Below are positions 27,301 through 42,300 of a DNA stretch of 64,000 nt, one piece after another. Both the position numbers and the translations under genes were made by a program. The notes under the pieces were generated by a model, which had not been told where the DNA came from, made no database searches, and saw nothing but the letters and a program-made list of their open reading frames with translations. The stretch comes from Owenia fusiformis (Eukaryota), in the NCBI GenBank assembly GCA_903813345.2, contig CAIIXF020000001.1:45508001-45572000 (forward strand), read 5' to 3'. The first letter of the stretch is position 1. Each line of letters opens with the position of its first letter.

Positions 27301-30300
27301 CAAACATTTCAACCAAAATAACATTACTGATCAAAAAGCCAGCGGTATGGGAATCATAGAGTATCAATATGCCCATTCGGTTTCTCTCACCCAAGTCGTT
27401 CTCTTCACGGGATCTGTGTACAAGAAGCAAGGTTTGTTTTGACACACAGCATATCAATAGGTAATGGGTATTGTGGATATAACCAGAAATATCCTCTAGA
27501 AGTTATGTGATGCGTCGACATATGGTCAACATCATCAGCTAAAATGTACGATCCAATCTTGAAATAACAAATCTCGCTCCGCCTGAATTAAATGAAATTC
27601 TCCGGAGGCAAATAAAAAGTGATAAGTTAAATACCCAGACCCAGTCGTATCACACCTGAGTAGATATACTTTATGATCTTCTACGTCTTTAACCCAGAGA
27701 TAAATTCTACAAGACAATACAAAACATAAACAAGATGCAGATATGAGATAAAACGTTTAGTAGACATTAACCAGGCAATGAATTCTACGTACAAGACTAC
27801 AAAATCAACGTATCAACAAAATGCAATCATGAGATGAACTTCCGAGTAAAAAATATATTGACTCATTGACGAATTCCAGACTGAGAAGTGAGTGGCTCCC
27901 ATAATTATGTCGTGTTCTTTCGGATTCATGAACATAATTTATTTAAATCACAGCCATCAGTATACGATGTCCAATCAAATTGCAGGATGTGATCACCTGA
28001 ACAATCATGAGCAAGTGCTCTCAGTGCCGCGCATGCGCAAAGTTAAATTTGAAATCGTGGAAATGGCGTCGCAAAATTGGTTGGCCTCTGTAATAAATTT
28101 TTAACTTCCAATAACTTAACAGACTGACTTCAATTTTTTTCAAAATTATCTACAAGTTTTCAGAAGTTCAAATCTGACTTTAGATTTGACCTTCAATAAC
28201 CCTTTCAAGGTAAAAAAGGGATGTGATTGGCGGGTGACGTCTGTTACAAATTCTTACAACTTCCAATAACTTAACAGATACTGATTAGACTGACTTTATT
28301 TTTTTCAAAATCATCTAGAAGTTTTCAGAAGATCAAAGATGGTTTAAGATTTAAGATTTGACCTTCAATGACCTTTAAAAGGTCAAAATGATTAAAAAGG
28401 TCAATAATGTCTTAACAAAAATTAACTTAACAAATACTGTTTCGACTGACTTCAATTTTTTCGATATCATCTATAAGTTTTCAGATGTTCAAATCTGACT
28501 ATAGACTTGAGATTTGACCTTCAATGACCTTCTCAAGGTAAAACATGGTCAGAAAGGTATTTTTTCAACTTGCCTGAAATTGGCTCAATTTCTTTTCAAA
28601 ATCATCTACAAGTTCTCAGAAATTCAAATCTGACTTTAGATTTGAGATTTGACCTGGTAAGAAAAGGTTTAATAGGTCTTTAGTTTAAAACGGTCAAAAA
28701 GGTATTTTTCAACTTGCTTCAAATTGATTTAATTTTCTAGTATAGGTGGTGGTGACACTTTGTCATGTTAATGCCTTGTCCAAATCTTGCAATAAATGCA
28801 TCCATCTACTTTCAAGGCGGTTATAATACGTAACCGTTGGGGTAAAAGAATCAAGTTACAATGCATCGGTGTCTCATCAATATAAGTCCATCGGGATACT
28901 CTTTCCAACCAAAAGAGCCTGTGATTGCAATTTACCAATGTGTATTTATGCAACTTGTTCATCAACTAGCCTATTTTTATCTCTTAAAATGGTCTGATCG
29001 TAAACCTCACCTGTCAGTACAATATGTAATGAAAATGCCACTGGTGGAAACGACTCTATCGTTTATTTGTACATGTTTAGGAAATCACATCAACACTCAA
29101 TGGATCATCTGGGACGAGTTATTCCTAATGCTAATCCCAGGTTTAGGGCACGGGTTCAGTAAACAGTGTATTATTATCATCTTTTTACATGTAAATCATA
29201 GGCCCGGGAGCATGTATAAAAGTCGAGTCGAACTTTGACTCGATTGTTTTTATACATGTTCCCGGGCCTAGGTAACGTATTGTACTGTCTACTATAGTAT
29301 AGTTTCTATATAGCTGAATATAAAACTGAAATAATAGATGTCACCCTTGTCATTCTTGGGCCAGACTGCTATAGATTTTGATGTTATGAACTTGCAATAG
29401 TCACTGAATCTAATGATTTCTGAAACAAATTTTGGTTGAATCTGTCTGAAACTCGAATGGCATACTTTGGGATGACCCTGTCAATGTACATGTTGTGATT
29501 AATCATGAAATTTTTGGTTGTCAACCGAATAAACCAAGGTTTTCAAGAATCTTAGCATTGCGTCAATGGGGATCTGGCCCAAGTTTTTTTAACTCAGGGA
29601 AAATGATTAAATGACACAACTGTATAAATCAAAGTCATTTTTGTGAATAACTTTTCTGAAACTGAATTGAAACATGCTATGAACAAGAAAGAAAAGGTTA
29701 AACTGCAAATCTCATAAAATCTCATTAAAAATATTTCAAAGTTATATGGGAACGCCTCTATTGTGATCCATTCTAGCTGCTAGAATGTCAGACTTTATTT
29801 CATTTCGATCAATTTTATTATAAGCCTTTTATTGAATATGATGAAAGTATCAATTACGCTGGATTAGATTACCTCCACACTCAAAGTTAGGATATAATTG
29901 GAAATAATTCAATCATATATTGAAATTGATACCTTCTTTTAAGGGTCTGACCCTATCTAAATATATGGGTCTCGCTAGGCAATTTTGAAACGGTGTCGTA
30001 GTCCATGGTATGACTCCGGAATATGAAGAGTCCGTAACACAATATAGCGCAGCAACATTTGAACCAATCTTTAAGGAGGTCCATATGTCTTAAAAATACC
30101 GTTTGCTGAAAAAACGTCGGACTTTTGGGTCGAAATATGCCTCTCATATTTTCATTCGAATTTTTACATAGTAACTATTTTATAAAACTCAAAACGTTAA
30201 TGTAAGCAGATTTAAAATGAATTGGATTATCATTCTGTCAAACCTAATTCTAATTTCAATGTAATTTCTAGTGGTTAATTAGACAAGTGTAATTATATAA

Positions 30301-33300
30301 ATGTACTTATATCATTTTGATTATTTTTCAAATATTGGTCAAGCAGATTCGACAAAATTGTGTGAATTATCTAAAAAACATATTTTTTATTTTTTAAAGT
30401 TTTATTTAAAGAATTTATACCTATCGTCGCCAGTCGCGAGTCAAACAAGAAATTAATAAAACATAAAACAATGACAAGTACGTAAAATATATATCTATTT
30501 GAATGTTATAGAGGTATTAGAACGTTTATATATTCAGAGAGCATGTCTAATAGTTTATAAGAGATATATGCAATCAAATGCCTTACATTTCTCTTGTGAC
30601 GTTACTGCTGCATATCATCAGATTTTCTGATGGTAATATATTGTTATACATACAGTAACTGCTGTTTATCAGCAGATTTTTGGCAAATGTTCATGAATTC
30701 TACCAAATCTTGGTGGTTGTTTTACAAACAACTAAGCAATATCTAACTGGGGGCAAAATCATTTTAGCCGAAGCCACAGTAAGTCAATGAAGAACAATAC
30801 GCCCACCCCCCCCCCTCCCCTCTGATGGTGACATTCCATATCTTAAAACGTATTAAGACCCATTTTTCGAAAACGACAATAATTTTAGCATATTTCATTC
30901 GTATATCAAAACGACTCATTTTTTTTTTTTTTTTTTTTTTATTGCATCTTTCTTACACAAAACATTATACATAATATACATACAGATCAAATCCATATAC
31001 ATTGAATATTCAATAATATTATTACATATTTATATTTAACAATTATATGTTTTTAAGCTTTTCAGACCATCTCCATTCAGAGTATTTAATTGAACTTAAT
31101 TTAAAAGGGTACCATTTGAAAATACAATACATGCAATACGATTATCTTTCAATCGTATTGTGCTGACAATATTTTAATATAAAAGGGTATAAAGTAAAAC
31201 AAAAAAATTCAATGCTGTTGGTTTAATCTATCTATAACCCATCTCCAAGTCTCGCCGAAACTTTCCAGTGTGCCATTTAAGTTTGCAATATTTCGTTCGT
31301 CATTGATTTTGTATTTTATGATTTCTTTTATTTGCATAAATGTTATTTTAGTATTAACGAGTCTTGATTTATGTATTAAGCTTTTTATATACAATATGCA
31401 AAAATTAATTGCTTTTGAAGTGTGGTCGCGTTCTTGATCTAATTTCCCGACAATTATGTCTTTAATTGTAAGATCAATATTGAAAAAAATTTTAAAGTCA
31501 TCCCAAATCTTGGAAGAGTTTGGGCACTCTATGAAAAAGTGTATCGTATCATCTATTTTATCGTTTTTACAAAAGTCGCATAAATTTGAATTTTTTATTT
31601 TCTTTCGAGTTAAAAATTGGTTATTTGGTGTAACAAAACAAGTTTGTATTGAAGGCATTGTATTCTCGGTTCTCGAACCGTCTTAAAAGGTAATGTAAAA
31701 ATGTGTTTCCAATCTTCTTCTGAAAAGTTGAATTTTGAATTTAGATATTTTTTCCCGTTGGCTTCTTTAAATAAATTATCTACGAGAATCCAATATTTGG
31801 TTTTAGTTTTTATAGATTTGACGTTTATTGTCGTGTTTTTGATTTGGAGTTCTTCGTCTTTAAGTGCCTTGTTGCTTAGATTGTTTTTAATATGTTGTTT
31901 CCAGGAGTGTGGAATTGCATAAATTAAGCCATAGAAAGTAACGAAAGGTGTATTAATATTATATTTTAAAGAGAAATCTTCGAAACCTAAGAATTCATTA
32001 TTGTTAACGAGATCTTTTATTTGAAGGATTCCTTTACTTATCCAGCTTGCATAATTTAGGGTTTTGTCATTAATTTTTATGAACTCATTATTCCAGATAT
32101 ACTCTTTTAAAGCAAGTTCTTTATTATAGGGCTCTTTATTATGTAATAATTTCCAGGTTTCCATGATATTATAGTAGAAAGGGGGTAACCTGGCCAACTT
32201 GTCATCGGGAAATTTTGAATGAAATATTGTCTCAGAGTCTAGATTAGGAAAAAAGCTGTAGAAATATTGCTTCCATTTGCTGGGCTCATTGATACAATTT
32301 ACATAACCAATATTGAAAAAAATAATTCCAAATGTTGATGTTCTGATTACGTAATTATTTGTATTTCTAAGAAAAATAATATTAAATTAATAGTTGAGAA
32401 ACCTAAAACATACACTCAAAATTTATTTCTCATAATTTTCTGTTGCAGTATGTACTCCAAATTGTAAAATGGGTCTTTTATTTTTTACTAATATTTTATA
32501 CCCCTGCTAATGACACGCATAATTCAGCCCAAAAGCCTGTAGAATATCGAACCTGTGAACGTCTATAGTAAAAACAATACTGGGCATGTGTAGGTATGTA
32601 AATATTAGGTCAAATATCGCTGCACTATATTGTGTTACCAGCTCCTTAATCAGGCGTCCTAGGAATTTCATACAATGGACTATTAGGCTTAATTAGTACG
32701 ACTACGATTTCCGTCTAGTCTCAGTTAATTCTGTTCTGTTAGTCTCAGGTTGATATGTGTTGGACAAATGAATCAGGTTTATTCCCGTTAGGGTAAGTAC
32801 TAAGCTATCAGGAAGCATTTCCAAATTTGGAAATTTGGTTAGAAACAGAATTTCTAGAGAGTGATTTTCAAAACTATGTAGAAGAGCATAATAATTTTCT
32901 GAAACGGGTAGCTTTATTGTGGTAGCTCTCTCCAGATTCATTTATCTCAAAATCCATGTCGTCACCGTATCATTATCTTGTAATGGCAAGCTAGACAAGA
33001 CTCTAATGAACAGTGGGAACTGTTTCGCTGAGCTAGAGCTGTGCTCATGAACAAGTTATGACTTGAAACGGTAATGGTCATGAATGGGATTTTTAAATAC
33101 TATACATAGTGACCCTTTGCTGGGAAATGTCTTTCAACATCGAACGCAATTGTTCATATGGGTGCGGTTGTTGGTGAACATATTATAAATTGAATCGAAT
33201 GTGTATTCAAAATCATAACCTTCCCCGGACAGACGCTTGAGAATCATGTTCTATTCAAAGCCCCTCCTTTCTTAAATGTTTTATTCTCTGGCTAATTTTA

Positions 33301-36300
33301 AAGCTTCGAAAACGACAAACTTTGTTCATTTTGCATATGAAACATTATTTCATACCTATTTAAAAAGTGATTGGAAATTTGTGCTTTTTTTACGATGAGA
33401 TATTGGAGTAAATTCCAAGGAAAGTTCCTTGTATTTGTTAATTCGCTAATCAGTAGTACACACGTACAACTATTCACGTAAGTTATCACAAACAATTTCG
33501 GACGGTTGTATCTTGGATTGACTATTTTCTGACAATGAACACAGGTAAATCTTTTAGATCCATTGATTATCTCAAGCAAAAATATATACCATGATAATAT
33601 GGTCAATCTGAACAACATACTATTTCAAAGACGTTGATCTCACTTAGTCTGATTAACTCAAATAAATTTTATCATTACAATACATACAATACCCAACCTT
33701 TTTTGGAGATACTGAATACGTCAAAAAATACGCCAGTGTGTTCATGATCGGAAAATATTCATAATTCCATTGATCATTTTGAAGTATCTTCAACAATTTT
33801 TTTTTTTTGATTTGACAAAGGATGGCCATTTTCATAAACAAAAAACAAAGAATATATTTCTCAATGCTTGTATTTTAGTGCACATCTGCCTTCTCGTGGA
33901 TTTAACAGAGACGGTTGAGTTGATGGTTCTGGGATGAATAAGAGAATCAATGACATCTGATTGATAAGTTTAAAGTCGGGGCAATTCGAAAGTTTAATGA
34001 ACCGGAAATAGATTCAGAGTTGGAGCACCTGGATGAATTCGTCCATATTTTATTTGATAACATCACAATGTCTCATTCTACCATGTGATTATTTTACGAA
34101 TTAAAAGATTTTCATTAGAGACTAGTACTCGTCGCATGATAAAATGAAACACAACACTGTGGGATTATGGGATCGATTCATCACCTCTTGTGTCGCCGGG
34201 GAATCCATTGGGAAGAAGAGATTGTGATGCAGTGTTGAATAGACTTGTAATTTCTAAGAATGAATGTCTTTGATTAAATATTTGTTTTTCAATAATTTCC
34301 CAAGATAAAATGATAACGTGAGGACACTATTCAGTAAATCTAAAACTATAAACCACAAAGGGATTAATTTACGTTCTATAAAAACTATGTTTGTCCCTAA
34401 ATGTACTGGTAAATCCTCTGTGTATATGTGCCCTGGTGAACAATAGGCATGATTTAATAAATCAACTTGACTTCGTTGGCATATCTGTCAAGAATTTTTG
34501 ATGGATGATTGCGGAAGGCAATGTAAAACTGCCAATCTTCTTTAATTTATAGTGATCTTACTTGGTTGTTTGTTTGCAGATCATCGCCGTGTTTATATGT
34601 CCGCCTACGGTTTGACATTTCTGTCACTTATAAAACTAATTACCTAATAGTTAGATAGCATCACACAGACACACTATTCCATTGTAATTGTGCGTTTTCT
34701 TAGCAAATGTGTCTGGAAGTACTCCCGATGAGTGGGCCTACTATCTGTCTGTTTCTACTCCATCTGAAATTACATTGCCTGAGCAGGTGTAAAGAAGTTA
34801 TTCACCAGGATGGATTTGATATGAGGAATATCACGAGGATGATATCAATATTTCCCAAGGGAACGCAGTGACCGAGGGAAATATTGGTATCATCCCAGGG
34901 ATATTCCTCATATCATCCCGACAGGTGCATAACGACCTTATACCATGGTCAAGAGCAATATCTGCCTAAAGTCCTCTGTTGAATGAGAGAAAAAAATGTT
35001 CGACTCTTAGGATTATATCCCGCTCTCACGTGCAGTGAGAATTAAGGAAAAATAAAAATAGATAATACTTAAAAAACTTCTACACATACATACGAGCGTA
35101 CATGTAGACTATAGATATTTAAGAATATCAGATCATTTTGTGATATTCTTTCTATATATTGACGAGTCGATATCAAATATCAACACGAGTGAACGAAGCG
35201 AATGAGTGTTGATATTTGATAATAACGAGGCAATAAATGATATCACTAGAAATGATCTGATATTGGGTTATCCAATGATTACTTTCAAAAATGTAAAAAA
35301 GGGTGTGATAAACGATATCATCCACATATGAGGTTGATAAGCGGTTTTCTGAAAAACATCACATGGATTTCAATAATATCAGAAATATCCACTTGCTGTT
35401 ATTGTGCAGATTACACATTAATCGTGGCCTTTTTACAAATCATTTGGAGAAACTTAGGAATTTTAGTTCGACATGCCGTATTGCATTAAATTTAGTTTGG
35501 AAATCAAAATAAATGTTGCTCTGAGTGCATCACACGTACCAATACTTCATAACCATGCGCCTTCTTTAGATTTGTAAATATTCATCAGTTTTCTTGGTGA
35601 AATAAATTGATTTAAAAGAACAATCAGTTATTTCTTATTCACGTATGTCACTGATTCGCTCAGCATTTGAAACGATGCAAAGTTGTATTTTTGCGACTAT
35701 TCTCTATCAATGATTGCTTGGCATTTGACACAATATGACTAATTTCCTTTAATTTGATATAATCATAATATTTTATAAAAATGTTGGAATGCCTCTAAAG
35801 ATTTCCAATTATTTCTACCAATATAGCTTTCCTACACTTGATTGTAAAACTAATATACATCAAGGGAAAATGCGACTTATTGTGACTGAAGTATTTCAGC
35901 CATGATACTACGTAGTACTATAATTAATGATTTACAGTCGCTGTTTGGTGATAATACATTTTTATCACCATAGATATCTTAAAACTTGATTTATGGAGTG
36001 GTTAGTTTAATAAACTTCCGGCCTTTTAGCCTTTTGTTATCAGAAATAGCTTCCAATGAATTGCATTCATAGTTAAAAATCACCTGTAAATCATAGAAAC
36101 CCTTTGCAAAGATATTAATAAGCTAGTTTTGTCATAGTTATTACTTTAATGGTGAGACCGTTTATATTATATTTGTTATTCTGGATTAACAAATGGTAGG
36201 TTTCCTTTTATCATTACTATAGTTATGATATGATAATCGACAGAAATCTACGATCTACTGCTACATTATGTAATATTCCCCTTGGACGCCATTAGTTACG

Positions 36301-39300
36301 CATCGGTTATAAAAAAGAGAATTGCAACCTGAAACTGACAAACACTTTTTTAATAAATGTCATCCTACAGACTATTTAAATTGATGACGTTGCCGTGCCA
36401 CAGGTTTGCATTGTTCTTAAGAATGTGAGGAATGCCGGTGATGTAAATTAAGTAATGATGCAATTTCCAATAATCACAAAACTGAATCCAAATTATAGAA
36501 ACTGACAAAACACTATTAGCAGGTGACATAACGATTGGAATCAAGGAATGAAAAACGTTTTAAACAACACTTATTATTTACTCTTTATTGATTATAACAG
36601 GAGCGTCTATTCAATCGTAAATCATAGACGAATAGGAACCCATTGGCGTTGGAAACTTGAGGAGACCTGGATGTTATCTAAGGGGCCAGAACGGATATGA
36701 CTCGGTTAAATAACTCGAGAACGTGAACAAAGAAATCCTAACACATACTTAGAACTTTAGTATATTATTTTGTTTTCGTTAAGAACTAAAGAACCAAACA
36801 TAAATAATATAGTTTGATTACTCTCCTGGTGAATAAGGTACATAAAGAGAATATCAAGCAGTTGTTAAACCTCGGCTAAGCAAAGATAACATCAATCAAA
36901 TGGCTAACGTTAATTTCCCTGGGTGTAGAAGTCAAACTTGAACCTTTATCCAATTTCGGCATCCTTTCTGTAACTAAGTCACGCGCAACTCATCGGTCAT
37001 AGCTCGAGGACCCATAGTTCGCACGTGATTTAGCCCTCAACATTTTGGAGATTATCACCATGTTTTCGTGATATAAATATCAAACGTGTAACATTACAAA
37101 CTTTGTATTCAATGGTTTGTCTGGATTTATCCTAGTAGATTAACCGTTATTCTGCTTCTTTGAAGGTTCAGGGTTGAGGAAGAGAGCATAAGAATATGGC
37201 GGAATGGTCAATCATGCAGGGTGAGCCAACAAAGCTAATTAAAACAAATAACTAAGTTAATAACTAAGTCATCCTGTATGGGTTTAAAGTCATACTTGGT
37301 ACAGTTAAATTTTGTTCAATGTTCTTCCATTCAAGTAAGGTTCATAGGACTATTTCAAATGGTCGTGATTTCGTGTCCATTTTACATAACATGCACCAAA
37401 TGCCAAAAATCATCAAATATGAACAACGGGAATTTAACGTTGGGGTTGTCTCAAAGATAATGTGTACACTAACAACCCTAAACGCATAAGGGTCGAAATA
37501 AGAGATTAGAAGGAAATTGAGAGCCATAACACAAGATACCTGAGAGCGTGTAGTCATAAAACTCCACCCGTTGCGCTCAAGACGAGATCGGTATTTTGAG
37601 CATGCTTTGTGAAATGGTCATAAAATGTTCACCATTTAGAATAGACGAATGAAACTTGGTGGAATGAAAAAACATTGAACAATAACTGGACTACTGAGTT
37701 ATTGAGATTTGTTTGCGTCCCTTTTTGGCTCGCCCTGTCCATAAGAATTGCCATGAACTTAATGATCCTCCTATTAGCATGTGCTTAAGGGAAACCGAGT
37801 GGATACATTTTTCAAAAAGTTCAGTTGTGCGAGGGTCACTTTACATGTTATCATAATGAAGATAGACGCGAAATTATAACAACTCTACAGCCCATGATAA
37901 GAGATGTTCTGCAATAAATACCGCATTCAGAGAACGGACCTACCGAAGTGCTTGTTAAGTAAGATATATCGTTGATGTCTGCGTGCAAACTTAAAGTATT
38001 GTTTTGCCATTGAAATTAAACATAAACTACTAACATTTTGCACTTGTTCGCACGAAGTACTTTTTCAAATTAATCTTAAACTAGAGAGCAGCAACTCCAT
38101 TGAGGAGCAAGTCCCACTAAACAATACATGTTTGATAAATAGCGGCCATCTTGAAGATTTCTCCTTGAACAGAGCTCCTTTGTACTTAGCTATCAGCATA
38201 ATATTTCATTTGAACCAAATTCGCCCACTGGTATTTGAGTTATGAAAGATAATGTTTTTTAAGATAAATGGTGGTAATTTTGATATTCAGCTGCCATCTT
38301 GAAAATTTCTCCTTGAGCAGAGCTCCTTTGTCCCTGGCATCAGTATATACATTTTGAACCAAATCCATAAACATATAAAATCTTGTTCTTGTCCGAAAAT
38401 GGAAACCATTTTGAAATTCAGATGCCATCCGGAAAATGACTGTTCATAAGTAGATTTCATATTTCCCTCTGCACCAGCATGTAAAATCTGAGCCAAATTC
38501 GTCAACTAGTATTTGAGAAATAAGATTACATTTTTTACGAAAAATTGTAGCCATTTTGAATTGGGTGGCCATATTGAAATATTTTCACGAGCAGAAGTCC
38601 TACACCCATAACGCATAACAGTCAGGTTCAGTAAGTGCCTCAACATTCGAAATTCGTATGTTCATCAATATTTACTGAGAATGGTGCCACAATTGAAGTA
38701 AACCTCTGGTTCTTATTTTCAATATACCTATCGGCAAACATGTAAATGATTATTTGGATGTTCTGTTACATATTGGTGAAGCAGTCTTGAATATATGGCT
38801 TAAATTTCTGAATTTCCCCTATGTCCCTGTCTACCCCTACTTCAAAAGATGTATGTTGTTTGTCATTTTTTATCATGAACCAAGCATGTATTTTTTCTTG
38901 TTTACATTTAGAATGAACTTTCTGGGGTTTTTTAATACTGACAGATGATAAGTTGCATTTATTTTTTCATGATATGGAGCAAACACAGGCGTGTCAACTT
39001 ACACTGTAATATCCAACATGCTTATATTTCAAGTGTACATGTAGTAATCAAGAAAATCAATGTTTTCAAATGGATTCATCCTTGACAAAGAAACCAACAG
39101 CATGTTTCAAGTTCTTACAATTCTTGGTTGCTTTTGAAGCAAATATTTTGAAAGTTGATACTTGTGAAGTTTTTCTTACGATATACTATAGCTGGATCAG
39201 AGAACCTTACCTTGTTCGAGATGCACGAAAAGTGTATTGTTAATACTAAACGTCGTTCTGATATTTGGATGTGATTCACGTTTTCGGTAATCTCCTACTC

Positions 39301-42300
39301 CTACCACTGTAACTTCCAACTAAATTTTCGAAAGCCATATATGATGGTCACGAATTGAAATTTAGGTCACACATAACATCAATGGTCGAAACGGTTTATC
39401 ATCGAGCCTGGCGAGTTTAATGTATCCTTTTAATAATTATCGTATCGGATTTGAGTATGATTTTAAATGGGTCTCGGACAAAGCAAGAGAAATGCATGAA
39501 ACCTCTTGTGAAAATTCGAATTTTTCAAGAATCCTCCTTCAAAGTGTTACCAAAGTGCTCCCCTGGAATGGAAATTTCGTCTTGTGCAATCAAAATAACA
39601 GCGGGTAGTTTGAGTTTGTTTGAGTTTATAGCTTACATCTCTAAATTTAGAAATATATTATCTCAATGAAAGGAACGTGTAGTTTTTGGCAATCGGTCAT
39701 AATAAAAAGCTAAATGTTGTGAAAAACACGAGTTGACACATTGACATTTCAAAATGTAGTCTCCTTCATACATATCGGCTCATGTTTAAAAGTCACCTAG
39801 AACTAAAGAGAGAATCAGATATAGCAAGCAGGCTAAACAAAAAATTGTCTCAATTTTAGAACATTTTTGGCTCATGTCATTCCTTGTGATATCTATTTTC
39901 TAAAAATCACAAAAGTGCATACTTTATTCAAGGAAAACTAAAGATTTTTACAATAATGTATTATTTTTCTTTAAGAATGGTTACCATTCTTATAATTTGG
40001 GAGAATTTAAACATTTTCCACCAATCTTTGCACGTTGAATCATTAATAACTTCAACAATTTATAACATATTTTGAATCTTTTGAGAGATATTGTATTTGA
40101 TATTGTAAGGAATAGATTGGTAGGTCAATTATAAAAGTTGCTTGTAATTTTGTCACCCCCTATAGATCTGATTCTGCCTTTAAAGATTTCTAATACTTAT
40201 TTCGTAACCGCTTTGTTAAGAATGGATTCGAGATGTACTCAAAATAAATGCATTAAAATGTGTATTATCATCTTAATAACCACATCACAAATTATTTTGG
40301 AAATTAAAGATGTACGATTTTTGATATTTTTATCTTCGAATGTTGACACATTTGCTGAGCCTACGAACTTCGTTCGGTGGGATAACAACTTTTCAGAAAT
40401 AACGTCTTTATTCTTTTTAAAATACCATTATTCCTAGTTATGATATCCTGAGCGATCAGATCAAACACTATATAGACCCATATCACAGGGTGTGTACCAA
40501 ATCAAGCGGGATAGTTGAACGCGCAGGGTAAGGTATAACACGAGGGTGATGACATTTGAGCAAACCGATGTATTCATCGTTTCAGAAAAATCTGCTCTAG
40601 TTTCTGGTCTATTTTCATATGTAAATGTCTATGATAACATCCTAGACAGTGAACATGACATGACAGAAAAATTCATAGTTCCACGTCTGAATCTGGTTCT
40701 TTGTTAAGTTAGTGTTACAATATCCTCGACGTTGGTCATTCTCGGATGTGTCCTTGGGTTATTACGTATATAATCGTGAAGTTCTATTGATTGTCAACAT
40801 CAATTTCAGGACGGAATTAATCAGGTCGATCATTTTTAAGTTTAACAAAAAGAGTGGCTGTAATAATAGACAGAAATTCTGAGCCAGAGCGGTAGTCATT
40901 AATAAATAAAATACATATACGTAGCTAATCTCATGTATTTGTATGTGGTACATTCCGATCGCAAGCAAGTTGTGACATACAACAAGTCGTCTCACGAAAT
41001 AATTTGAATTGTCATGTCCTATTCCAGTTATGAAAAAAATATTTCTTGTCTATTTGCAGGGCGTGTCAGTAGCTGTATCTGTCTTGACATTGAGTATTAT
41101 CTCATTGGAACGCTGGTATGCCATCTGCCACCCATTGAAGTTCAGGGCCACTGCGACCCGCGCCCGAATTATGATTGTCGTAATTTGGTGGGTGTCGTGC
41201 GTGATCTACATTCCTGAACTGGTCTCTCTAAAAATGTCGAGAACCCTGCCCCAACACTATAACTTCGTAGATCTCCTGACTAAATGTACGCCTATCTGGC
41301 CGGAGTCACTACCTAGCAACAGTCAGATGATTTATCAGTTGTTTTCCATAGTAGCCCTTTACTTCATCCCGCTCTGCTTCATGAGCTTTACATACATTCA
41401 TATCGCTGTCTGCCTCTGGAGCAGAGCTATCCCGACAGAAACCACGGGATCAGGTAACATATTAGATATTTTAAACTAGCAATATTTTCCTCAGATAATG
41501 TAACTTCTGATTGCAAATAACATATGGGCTGTAACAGAACCATCATATTATTCTTTCTATAACCCGTTGATCAGTTTCTGTATTAGTACACACGTGTTCC
41601 TACGGTCACGGATACGTCATGGAAAACGAAAATAAATTTACCTGGCCGTTAATTAACTCAGATGGTTTATTCAAAGTTTAAATTTGCGCCGAAAAATAAG
41701 TCATCTAATAACAATAAGTTATTATCTATTATGGAGCTATATTTTACTTTTATCTGAATCGTTCAGGTTGAGTCATCCAAAATGATTCCTTTGATTATTT
41801 GATGTCTTCGTTTCAGCATGGCCGTACTTCTGCTTGATAATAATTTTTGTTTTCTCACCTTGTTTTTATCACCTTTATGCTTCAAATATCAAATAATGAT
41901 CGAAATAATTACCGTTTTATATATTTATGAGTTGTCATAATATTTTAAAGCCGGAACCTACTGACTACACACTGGCCAAATATTAAGTTAAAATTTGATG
42001 GATAAAGGTAACAAAATCAAGAAAACAAAAATGTTTACCAAATTCTTTACCGGAAGTTGGCCAAGCTGAAACGAAGAGAAGACATCATGTCTTCGTTACT
42101 AGTTGATCCCCGGTGGCCATAAACTATGTTGTTTAAGACACTTATACAATTCGAACATTGACCTTATTGTAGGCAAAGGAAGGGTAATAGCAAACGACAG
42201 ACAAGCACAGAGTATGGAGAACCAACTTCAGGGGAGGCGAAAAGCTGCAAAAATGCTGATTGCTGTCGTCATAATGTTCGCTATATGTTACTTACCGGTT